Below are positions 21,124 through 30,700 of a stretch of 64,000 nt of DNA, in pieces (the stretch's first letter is position 1; each line of letters opens with the position of its first letter). The stretch lies in the IMG/VR virus record IMGVR_UViG_3300010340_001122; one strand, 5' to 3'. The notes below the pieces were generated by a model that had not been told where the DNA came from, did no database searches, and worked only from the letters and a program-made list of their open reading frames with translations. The position numbers were made by a program, and so were the translations under genes. Source of the DNA: a virus. Its lineage: Duplodnaviria; Caudoviricetes.

Positions 21124-22944
21124 ATGCAAAATTATAATTCATTCGTAAATGAAGAAGTGGGTATAAGAAATATCAAGAAAATAATCGGTGATATGAAAAC
21201 CGCTGAAATATATTTTCATAAAGATTTAGATGGTGTCACATCAGCACTTGCAATGAAATATTTCCTTGAAACATATTATCAAGTAAAAACTGTTGATGCT
21301 CACCAAATTCAATATGGTGGTATGGAATTTGCTATTAAAAATCATAAAGAAGGAAATTTATGTATTTTAGTTGATTTTGCACATGGTAAGCCAATGTTTC
21401 AAATACAATCTGATCACCATGATAAACAAGTAGGAGCTGGTGATACTCAAGCAACCTATTTTAAATCAGCTAGATCAAATGTTGAGATCATTTCTGGTGA
21501 AATTTCTTACTCAGATGTATTTACACCCGGTGATGTTGAGTTAATAAAAACTGTTGATTCTGCTAATTTCCTCACACATAATATAAAACCAGAAGATATT
21601 CAAAATTCTATTTTTAAATTTAAAAGAGAGTTATCAGGAGAGAAGAATAGATTTATGATGGGATTTGTTGTCAATAGATTATTATTAGCTTATAAAAATA
21701 AGAGAATTAGTGTTAAAAGTATGGATGGTAAGAGAGATCATATTAATAAAAATATTCTTGAGTGTATGGTTTTAGATTGTAACCCATCATTATACTCAAT
21801 GTTTAATAATATTAGACATTATGTTAATAATTCACGTGTATCTGATAGAGCTGGAGTTTTAGCTAAGCCAGATGTTTTAATGCAAAATCTCACTAATTAT
21901 ATAGAAAGAATGAAAAATTATAGATTCATTGAAGATCCAGATACTGGAGATGTTAGTGAATTTGATCCAACAAGTAGAAAACATCAATTCCTTTCATCTG
22001 TTAAAGGTGCAAAAGTTGGCAAAGGTGTTCATTATGATGATAAACATAAAATTATTATTCAATATGGTGGTGGTAATATGATGCAACCTGGATCATATGA
22101 TAGATATGTGCCTTTTAAAAACTTCCCAGATGCTAATTTTATTTGTATAATTTGGGCAATGGGTCTTATACAAGTAAGTTGTAATCCGTTTAAAGAAAAG
22201 AAATTAAAAGATATTAATCTTGGTGAAATTGCAAAAGAAGTTGTTTCCAAACATCAACCAATATTAACTAAAATTCTTGTTTCTTTAGATTGTATAAAAA
22301 AAGAATTTGAAACTTCACAAGATTGGAAGAAAATGCAAAAAGAAGAAGGTCCAGATTATGTTGGTGTTGGTTTTAAATATTCTGATTTAGAAGCTTTTTA
22401 TAATGATTGTGTTTATAAAAATGGAGAATTGGTTGATATAAATAATTCGAGTGTTAAAAGTGCAATGAATACAATCTATGATAAACTAGATGATAAACAA
22501 TTAAATATTCTTAAAGAATATAAAATTCCAGTTTGGGAACTTGTAACTAGAAACTCTGGAGGACATCCATCTATTACGAACTTACAAGGATGGGGATTCT
22601 TAAAATATAATAGCAATGCTATGAATGCCGCTTATGAAACTGATAAATACACAGATGTTATGAAAAAAGTGGCTCGTGAGTTTGTCGATAATCTTAAAGA
22701 TAAAGTAGAGTTATTTGAACAAGGCAAATCCGTTGAGTATGATACGAAAGGTGTTGAATTTACTGGACAAGATACTAATGAAAATTATGAATATTTTTTA
22801 GTTAATAAAGAAGGTAAAAGTAATAAAGTAACTAAAGATGATTTTGTTAAAGCTGGAGTTTCTAAAGCAATGAGACCTGATAAACCGGTTACCATTGATA
22901 GTGATAATAAGAGAATTATTGCAAAGTTTGAAAAATTTAGATAA
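21124..22944 (+). CDS. DHH-family phosphoesterase-like protein
   Basis: HKDLDG, LVDF, SDHH, SGGH motifs. Confidence 0.7.
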   Translation: MQNYNSFVNEEVGIRNIKKIIGDMKTAEIYFHKDLDGVTSALAMKYFLETYYQVKTVDAHQIQYGGMEFAIKNHKEGNLCILVDFAHGKPMFQIQSDHHDKQVGAGDTQATYFKSARSNVEIISGEISYSDVFTPGDVELIKTVDSANFLTHNIKPEDIQNSIFKFKRELSGEKNRFMMGFVVNRLLLAYKNKRISVKSMDGKRDHINKNILECMVLDCNPSLYSMFNNIRHYVNNSRVSDRAGVLAKPDVLMQNLTNYIERMKNYRFIEDPDTGDVSEFDPTSRKHQFLSSVKGAKVGKGVHYDDKHKIIIQYGGGNMMQPGSYDRYVPFKNFPDANFICIIWAMGLIQVSCNPFKEKKLKDINLGEIAKEVVSKHQPILTKILVSLDCIKKEFETSQDWKKMQKEEGPDYVGVGFKYSDLEAFYNDCVYKNGELVDINNSSVKSAMNTIYDKLDDKQLNILKEYKIPVWELVTRNSGGHPSITNLQGWGFLKYNSNAMNAAYETDKYTDVMKKVAREFVDNLKDKVELFEQGKSVEYDTKGVEFTGQDTNENYEYFLVNKEGKSNKVTKDDFVKAGVSKAMRPDKPVTIDSDNKRIIAKFEKFR

Positions 22945-22984
22945 ATTATTTTTTATTTGTATATTTAGTATTTAAATATTTAAA

Positions 22985-23590
22985 ATGATACCAACAGCGG
23001 AAGAAGTAATTAAAAGATCAAAAATACACCCAGTTCGTGTAAAAAACATCTATATATTTGGTAGTCAAGTATATGGGACTGCAACATATGGATCAGATTG
23101 GGATTTTATCATGATTGCTAATACACCAAATACCAATCAAGAAATTAGATCTGGTGATTTTAACATACATGTTATGACGGAAGAGCAATTTCTTAAAAAT
23201 CTAAAAGAACACCATTCGAGTTCAGTAGAAGCCTTTTTCACACCAAAAGAATTTAGACTACAAGAAGATATTAAATTTGATTGGAAGCCAAATATATCAT
23301 CTTTAAGACATTCATTTTCTCATATATCATCTAATTCCTGGGTTAAGTGTAAAAAGAAAATGGAACAAGGTGATTATTATATTGGTGTTAAATCATTATT
23401 TCATAGCTTAAGGATTCCTTTATTTGGAATACAAATTACCAAAACTGGTAATATTAATGATTTTTCAGAAGCTAATTTCATTCATGATAAAATATTTTCT
23501 AAAGAATGGACTTGGGAAGAATTAGACTCAGAGTTTAGAGGGTTAAGAAATAATATACTTAGTAAATTTAGAGCTGTTACTCAAAAGTAA
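22985..23590 (+). CDS. Pol-beta-superfamily nucleotidyltransferase
   Basis: IFGSQVYG...SDWD. Confidence 0.75.
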   Translation: MIPTAEEVIKRSKIHPVRVKNIYIFGSQVYGTATYGSDWDFIMIANTPNTNQEIRSGDFNIHVMTEEQFLKNLKEHHSSSVEAFFTPKEFRLQEDIKFDWKPNISSLRHSFSHISSNSWVKCKKKMEQGDYYIGVKSLFHSLRIPLFGIQITKTGNINDFSEANFIHDKIFSKEWTWEELDSEFRGLRNNILSKFRAVTQK

Positions 23591-23591
23591 T

Positions 23592-24155
23592 TTATTTTTC
23601 TGATTTATTAAATTTATCCAAATATTTCTCTGACATTTTTCTTATTATATCCGAATTAAAGTTATTATCATTCATCAAGGATTCGCAAGCTTTATATCTT
23701 AAAAAAACATTTTCAGATTTTTTAATTCTGTTTGCTGATCTTTCACACTGTTCCATTAAAAGATTTGTATCATATTTATATTTATTATATAAGGTTTTAA
23801 TAGCTAATTTATGTTTAAAAAGCCCTAATGGTTGTGATTTTATTAAATCTATTTCCTCATCAATTACTTGCCAATCTTTTATTTTATATTTTAAAGATTC
23901 TAATAATTTTGTCTTATCTTTATTAGAAGAATCACTTAAAAGGTCTAGAAGAGCTTCTAAAAATAATTCTTTACCAGCCACTTTCATAGTTCCAGCAACA
24001 TGATATCTTGTTATGGGTCCATACATCTGAACCTTTAAGAAATCATCCATAAGTCTCATAACTTTAGTTTTAAAGATATCCTCCTCATTTATTTTGATTT
24101 CAACTTTTGGCTCTTGATTAATTTTCTGACCTGTTACATTTGAGAATTTTTTCAT
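23592..24155 (-). CDS. hypothetical protein
   Basis: Start MKKFSN directly after TAATATATA at 24160-24168. Confidence 0.6.
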   Translation of the reverse strand: MKKFSNVTGQKINQEPKVEIKINEEDIFKTKVMRLMDDFLKVQMYGPITRYHVAGTMKVAGKELFLEALLDLLSDSSNKDKTKLLESLKYKIKDWQVIDEEIDLIKSQPLGLFKHKLAIKTLYNKYKYDTNLLMEQCERSANRIKKSENVFLRYKACESLMNDNNFNSDIIRKMSEKYLDKFNKSEK

Positions 24156-24165
24156 AGTGTATATA

Positions 24166-24549
24166 TTAAATTTGAATTGTAATTTTAACATTGATATCTA
24201 TTATTGAATAATCCCCTCCAAAATATTTATTTTCTTGTATTGATTCAAAACGGTGATAAACTTTTCCAATTGATCTTAAATGGCTTATTATATTTTGTAT
24301 ATTATTACTATGTTCTGATAAATATGTTAAATAATCATTATCATGTGATGATTTTTTATTTGTTAGTAGTATTTCTATTTTATAAATTCCTTTTGTATCA
24401 TTAAACTTATCAATATATACAACGTATTCTTCATCTTTTAAATCTACTAATATATCATTAATATTATTAATATCATTTTCTGTGAAGTAATCTCTCGCCA
24501 TGACTTTTCTCTTTGCAGCAGATTCATACAATTTGGAAAACTTTCTCAT
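24166..24549 (-). CDS. hypothetical protein, paralog of 24551-24982
   Basis: MRKFSKLYES; NIQNIISHLRSIGKVYH. Confidence 0.6.
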   Translation of the reverse strand: MRKFSKLYESAAKRKVMARDYFTENDINNINDILVDLKDEEYVVYIDKFNDTKGIYKIEILLTNKKSSHDNDYLTYLSEHSNNIQNIISHLRSIGKVYHRFESIQENKYFGGDYSIIDINVKITIQI

Positions 24550-24550
24550 A

Positions 24551-24982
24551 TTAATTTGGAAATATTTTAATTGAAGAAGCCATATTTACTCTACAATTCT
24601 TTTTAAAAAATCTATCTTCTAAATTTGATCCGTTTAAATATTCTCTCGAATACTCGATGGTTGTTTTATGAAAGACTTTTCCAATATCTTCTAAATGTGA
24701 AATAACATTTTGTATATTTTTATTAAAAAAATCCGATTCTGAAAAAAAATCATTATTATCTGATCTTTTACTATTGATTATAATAATCTCAATCCATACA
24801 AAAGTTAATTTTTCTCTCCAATCTGGTATATCTATACCATATGATAGTCCATTTGAACCCATGTTTGTTATTTTAACATCAAATTCTTCATCATCTTTAA
24901 AATCTGATAATATATCATTAACTTTATCGATATCACTTTTATCAAAATTAGCCGATTCGTTTATTTTTGAAAACTTCTTCAT
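24551..24982 (-). CDS. hypothetical protein, paralog of 24166-24549
   Basis: MKKFSKINES; NIQNVISHLEDIGKVFH. Confidence 0.6.
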   Translation of the reverse strand: MKKFSKINESANFDKSDIDKVNDILSDFKDDEEFDVKITNMGSNGLSYGIDIPDWREKLTFVWIEIIIINSKRSDNNDFFSESDFFNKNIQNVISHLEDIGKVFHKTTIEYSREYLNGSNLEDRFFKKNCRVNMASSIKIFPN

Positions 24983-25000
24983 AGACTATATATTAAAACA

Positions 25001-25028
25001 AAAAAGTCAGAGAGAACTCTGACTTTTT
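25001..25028. terminator. intrinsic terminator
   Basis: AAAAAGTCAGAG-agaa-CTCTGACTTTTT. Confidence 0.8.
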
Positions 25029-25035
25029 AATTTAA

Positions 25036-25251
25036 TTAGATCGTTTTTCTATAATCTTGAACATCATCTCTGATTTCTTGAGATTTTTTCTTAATCTCTT
25101 GCATAAATTTTCTAATTCTAGTAGCGGCAGTTTTATTTCCTTTAACGAAGAATTTATCAAATTCATCTTTAAGTAAATACTTTTTACCATCTATTTCAAT
25201 TTCTTCGGTTAATAACCTCAAAAGTTGATCATATTTATCAATGTACTCCAT
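25036..25251 (-). CDS. Hc1-like (histone H1-like) DNA-binding protein
   Basis: F.KFF.KGNKTAATRIRK.MQEIK...QEIR resembles the Bacteroidota Hc1-like family. Confidence 0.65.
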   Translation of the reverse strand: MEYIDKYDQLLRLLTEEIEIDGKKYLLKDEFDKFFVKGNKTAATRIRKFMQEIKKKSQEIRDDVQDYRKTI

Positions 25252-25294
25252 AAAAGTTTATTTTTTTAGTATATATTTCGTTTAGTATTTCCTA

Positions 25295-25777
25295 TTACTT
25301 TTTTATAGGTGTTTTTCTTGTAGTCGTTTTAGCAGAAGGCTTTTTTTCTTTTCTTTCTTTTGCTAAAGCTGCAGATTTTTTTCTTATTTCAGCCTTTTTT
25401 GCCAATTCTGGTGCTGCTTTTTCTTTACTATCTTTTTCAAGTTGATCTTTTATTTTATCAACTTCTTCTTTAGTTAAATCCATATAATAATATGGATAGC
25501 TTCTACCAGATTTAAAATCTTTAACACTAATATATTTAAAAGTTTTCTTTAACTCTTTATCGTTTTGATAAGCATGTATAGCATCAGTAGCGTTCTGACT
25601 AGACATATCATTATTTTTAAAATATTGAATTATACCAGACGCTGAATATATACTTTTTTGTGATTTATCTGATACTTTAACAGATGGTTTTTCAGAAAGA
25701 AGTTTTCCTAAAGTGTCTATTATATCTTTTTTGTCTTTTCTAGCTTCATTAATGAAGTCTGTGAATTTTAAAATCAT
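25295..25777 (-). CDS. basic hypothetical protein with CTS-like N-terminus
   Basis: MILKFTDFINEA; K/A-rich tail. Confidence 0.6.
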   Translation of the reverse strand: MILKFTDFINEARKDKKDIIDTLGKLLSEKPSVKVSDKSQKSIYSASGIIQYFKNNDMSSQNATDAIHAYQNDKELKKTFKYISVKDFKSGRSYPYYYMDLTKEEVDKIKDQLEKDSKEKAAPELAKKAEIRKKSAALAKERKEKKPSAKTTTRKTPIKK

Positions 25778-25823
25778 ATCTAGTATTTTAATTTATTTTA
25801 TATATAAAATACCAAATATGATT

Positions 25824-26177
25824 TTAATTAATTATATCAGATTTTTCAGGTATTTTATTTGGTATCAAATTACCACTAATTCTCTCCTTCCAAGTTAATT
25901 TTCTTGGTTTGGATATTTGGTCCATATCATTCTGAATATTTGCCTTTTCAGTTTGTGTTAGTATTAACTCTTTTTTAATACTCTCTATTGAACTATTCAA
26001 TATTCTGTTCTCTGATTCACTATTTGTCTTATATAATTGAAAATTACCATAAAGAATTTTATAAAAAAGTCTAAATTTAAATATTAAATATTTATAATCC
26101 TCTGGTCTATGATTTTCATTTATATCTGAAGTCATTAAATACTCCAATATTTCATCATCTTTTAGTTCTGATATCAT
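25824..26177 (-). CDS. coiled-coil hypothetical protein
   Basis: 117-aa ORF. Confidence 0.55.
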   Translation of the reverse strand: MISELKDDEILEYLMTSDINENHRPEDYKYLIFKFRLFYKILYGNFQLYKTNSESENRILNSSIESIKKELILTQTEKANIQNDMDQISKPRKLTWKERISGNLIPNKIPEKSDIIN

Positions 26178-26185
26178 AATAATAT

Positions 26186-27244
26186 TTATTTTAAACCTAA
26201 ATCGTCCTTTGAAGATTTTTTCTTTTTAGATCTCATAACATCTAAAAGTTTAGACTCACTTTTATGCTTTTTATTTATACCAATTGATTTACTCAATTCA
26301 GTTGCCATATCAGGAGGTATCATATCAAATTCTATAACATCTATTAAATTATTACAATCTAATAGATTCTCATCCAATTCTTCCTCATATACATTAAATA
26401 CTAATAAAAAATGAACATTTAAATGATCTGAGATAAAACCATCAACCAATTGTAAAATATTATTAGTGAAATAACTCATTTTACCATAAGCAGGATTATA
26501 AAGAAATTCACAATCATCTATAATTATAAGAGTTTTATCAAATTTTGATAAAACATTTTTAAAATCCGGACTATTAATTGTTTGATCTATCATATTAGTT
26601 GGAATAAAAATAGACATTCTATCTACTTTAGAAGCAACATATTTACAAATATTTGTTTTACCCAATCCTCTATCACCAGTAAATATACTTAATCCTTTAT
26701 TTTCTTTTTTAATAGTTTTTATTAATTTTTCAACATTTTTAATAACCATATCCGAATACATATTCTCAATAACTATATCTTCTTCAATGAATAATGGCTC
26801 TAAATCTATTGTATTATTAGTAATAGAGATTGTATTTGTTTTATTAATATTTAAATTATCATAATCAACAATACATTCAGTTATTTGAGCGATTAATTTT
26901 TCTATATCTTCCAGTTGATTTGTATTTTTATAGTAAAAACAAACCTCATTTACAATGAAATCTTCGGATTGTTTATTAATAATTACATATGATAACCAAA
27001 TATTTTCACTAATTTGTAAAAGCACTTTTTCATTTATGATATAATTATCATCACTTGGAATATATTCTGTTAAAAAGTTTTTTTCTAAATTTTCAGAAGA
27101 AGAAAAGTTATCAACTATATCATTAAATTCTTTCCCAGAGAACCTATCATGTAGGAGAACTCTACTGGGCCTTGATTTCATTGATTCAAAGATAATTAAA
27201 AAATCATTTATTCCAGGATCCTCTTGATTTATGTTTATATTCAT
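26186..27244 (-). CDS. AAA+ ATPase-like protein
   Basis: Walker A GDRGLGKT, Walker B IIIDDCE, ILQLVDG. Confidence 0.75.
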   Translation of the reverse strand: MNININQEDPGINDFLIIFESMKSRPSRVLLHDRFSGKEFNDIVDNFSSSENLEKNFLTEYIPSDDNYIINEKVLLQISENIWLSYVIINKQSEDFIVNEVCFYYKNTNQLEDIEKLIAQITECIVDYDNLNINKTNTISITNNTIDLEPLFIEEDIVIENMYSDMVIKNVEKLIKTIKKENKGLSIFTGDRGLGKTNICKYVASKVDRMSIFIPTNMIDQTINSPDFKNVLSKFDKTLIIIDDCEFLYNPAYGKMSYFTNNILQLVDGFISDHLNVHFLLVFNVYEEELDENLLDCNNLIDVIEFDMIPPDMATELSKSIGINKKHKSESKLLDVMRSKKKKSSKDDLGLK

Positions 27245-27489
27245 GTCATTTTTATTAATTTTTTATTAATATATAATAAAACATCAAATTTTTAGATGCT
27301 ATTAGAAAAAGATACAAATATAAAATCGATTTTATTAATTAATGACTATTTGAGTATTTGTAAGTTACAAAATCCAAATTGTTATAAAACTAAACTTGTC
27401 AGATTATATCTGACACATAGGTTAAACTCAATTAATAATTTAAAACCTAGTAAACCTAATTTTATATCTTATATTTTTACTTTATTATT

Positions 27490-27708
27490 TTAAATAATGG
27501 GACCACTACTCAAGTCTATCTGAGGACCTTGTGTAATTGGATTAATTTGTGGCAAATTATCAAAAAGTCCTTTTTGTTTTTCTTGTTCTATAAGACTCAT
27601 TATCATTTCTCTTTGATACTTTTCCTGTTTTTTCTTATCCTGTGATATTTTTTGTTTTCTCGCTTGAGATTTTTTCTTATGATCTTTTCTTTGTTTTGAT
27701 TTTGGCAT
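27490..27708 (-). CDS. small basic protein
   Basis: MPKSKQRKDHKKK. Confidence 0.55.
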   Translation of the reverse strand: MPKSKQRKDHKKKSQARKQKISQDKKKQEKYQREMIMSLIEQEKQKGLFDNLPQINPITQGPQIDLSSGPII

Positions 27709-27745
27709 ATCTTTAAAATTTAATATTTTAATTTATAGTATTTTT

Positions 27746-30700
27746 CTATTCAAGTGTTTCAAAATTTAAAAAATCAAAATCTAATCCTTTATTTTGTTCT
27801 ATTAATTTTTGAACCGATTCTCGATCTAAATCTTTTCTAACACTACCATCTGGTAATTTTACCTCATATATAAAATCATATGATGATCCTGTTGTCTCAT
27901 CTGATTTAGCCACACTTAACTCAGAATCTTTAAATAATCCACTAACCAAATCTCTTAGATCTCTCATATCAACATTTTCTGGTATTTTTTTACATAATTT
28001 AATCAAAGGTGGTGGGATTACAGCAGTTATACCCATTATAGACCAAATTAACATAATAAATGAATTTATTATTTTCTCTATAAAACAAAGAAATACGTTA
28101 AATATTCTAAAAGGTCTTAAACACAAATCTCGATACTGCTTTGCTGTATAGACTGGTAATTTAGCTTCAAATCCCACACTCAAAAACTCATTCAAATCAG
28201 CTATCACATAATCATCAGGTATTAGATACCTGCTAACATTTGGAACACTTCCGAAAAGTGGATTAGGCACATTAACTGCAGTGCACCATTCCATTAGTTT
28301 TTCTGGCTTAAATTTTATACCAGCTAATTCTAATATTCCTTTTGGTGTGAAAAATTGCATAATCCATTTAAATGATAAAAACTCAGCAATCAAACCTGGA
28401 AATTTTATCGGATTAACTAATTTTTTAAAAAAATCTACTAACCATTTAATTATACTAAAAACCACTTTTAATGGTAATGTTACTATACCTAATATTAGCT
28501 TAAATAAAGGTTGTGAAACTATATTTATTTTCGATTTTAATGCTTTTATTTTATCTAATAATAATTTTTTTAATGAATCTTTTGAATTATCATTTTTATC
28601 AATCATATCATATGCTTGTTGATATTTATCAGAAGCCAATTGTAAACTATCCAAAGGATTAGATGCTGTTCCTGAGAAGTCTATTTCAGATGTTTTATTA
28701 ATTAATTCGTCAGCTTCTCTAATGGTTTGTTCTATTTTCTGTGTTATATAAATATATTTATAATCAACTCCTTTAATAAATTTACCTGTTGAATATGTTG
28801 TTGTAACTTCTTCATAATATTCAACTTCTCCGTTTTTTGAAACTATTTTGTTCTTAATCGATTCATCTGGTTTAGTTAGGTCTATATTCTTTATTAATTT
28901 ATCATCTTTTTGATTTTGATCATTATTTTTATTTATTTCAAATTCATTAAAAAATTTATCAATATTCATATTAGTTGGTGAGTTAGAAAATATTGGCTTT
29001 ATAGGAACTCCACCATTAAATGCGTTAGTTATATTTAAATCTAGTCCAAATAATATTCCAAAAAATCCTATTAATGCCGGACCATCTATTACAAATTTAA
29101 AATCAGCATCATTATCAACATATAAATAATTTCCAATTTCTGATGATTTAACAAATTTTTTCATCTCTTCTAAAATTGAATATTTATCATCAATATTGGC
29201 ATTTTTAAAATTAGTTCTGAAATTATCCACTTTACTAATTATGTCAGTTACTCTTGGACTAAAAATCATAAAATGATCTTCTAATTTTGACTGTATTATT
29301 GTTGTGACAAACGATGCCGGATTTTTAATTAAAGAAATTAATTTATTTATTGCTGGAAAAAGCTTAACCGATAAATCTATTGTTAGTTCAATCATAACTT
29401 TAGTTATACCAACCGCCGCTGGCATTCTATAAAACCCTCCCCCGCTTGCTGACGAATTTGAGGATCCAACATTCGATTTATTTTCATCCTCTTCATTTTT
29501 TGATTTTTTATAGCCCTCGATTATATAATATGGTTCTATATCCAATTCAGTCATTTGAGATCTTCTATTATATCCAATAAATTGTGGATTATCAGGTTCT
29601 ATTATAGGATTGCCTTTGTCATCTAAGATTGGACTATTTTTATTATCAAAACAGGGTCCTCCTTTCCAACCAGCACCATATCTTCCTTTTGAGTATAACT
29701 TATCACTAGTTGATAACTCTTGTAAATTTTTGTTTAAAATTGATTTAATATCATAGTCTTTTGAGTTTATTAATTTTATACCAGAACCTGACTCACTTAA
29801 TTCTATCTGAAATCTTGGCAGGTCACTAATTGATATTGATGATGTTAAAGATGGAATATAAATCTCATCTATACCCTCTTCTTGAGATGAACCTAGATTT
29901 ATACTTAGTGTATTTTGTTTAAAAAACAGAGGTAAAATATTTACGCCATCTATTGATGTTGTATTATTAACAACTAATTCAAATATGATCCATTTATTAA
30001 CAAACCCATTTATTAATTCTAATTTAATATGTCCTAAATTAGGTGTTTTTAACGTAATTAAATTAGAACTTATTGTTGATGTTTCTATTGTATAATACTT
30101 ATAGAAATAGACACCAGCATCTAACTTTTCTATTGATTTTTTTAATAAGGATGATCCAGTAGGTGTTAGAATTCCCGCTACAATTGCTGATTTTCCTAAA
30201 GAAATTGACTCATCTAGTAAAACTTTATTTATAACTTTTTTATTCCAATACTTATATGTCAATTTTTCTACTCTAAAAGAATTTGACGAATTGGATAATC
30301 TAGATATACCTGTATCAATTTTTTCTAATTTAGTAGATTCAATCCTATCATTTACTGCTTCTGATAAAAATATCAGTCCATTTTCTTTCAGTCTATTTGA
30401 TAAGTCCTCACTTAAAGAATCATAGTTATTATTAATATTATTACTATAATCTTTATCTGGATAATATCTACCTGATAATAAATAGGGGATATTTATCATT
30501 TTTTGTATTTCGGATGGTAAATTATTAGATTCAAAATAGACTTTAAAATTGAATTCCAAATTTGTTTCATATTTTTCACCCGTAGTATTATCAAAATAAA
30601 CATTCCAATTTACCAAATCATATGATTCAAGATTATTATATGTATTTAAATTATCTCCTCGACTCACATCAATTGAAAATGGTAATGAATTACCAGATTT

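Noticed and set aside
27296-27493. 65-aa plus-strand ORF
   Set aside because: No motif or recognisable composition; may be real but is unsupported.
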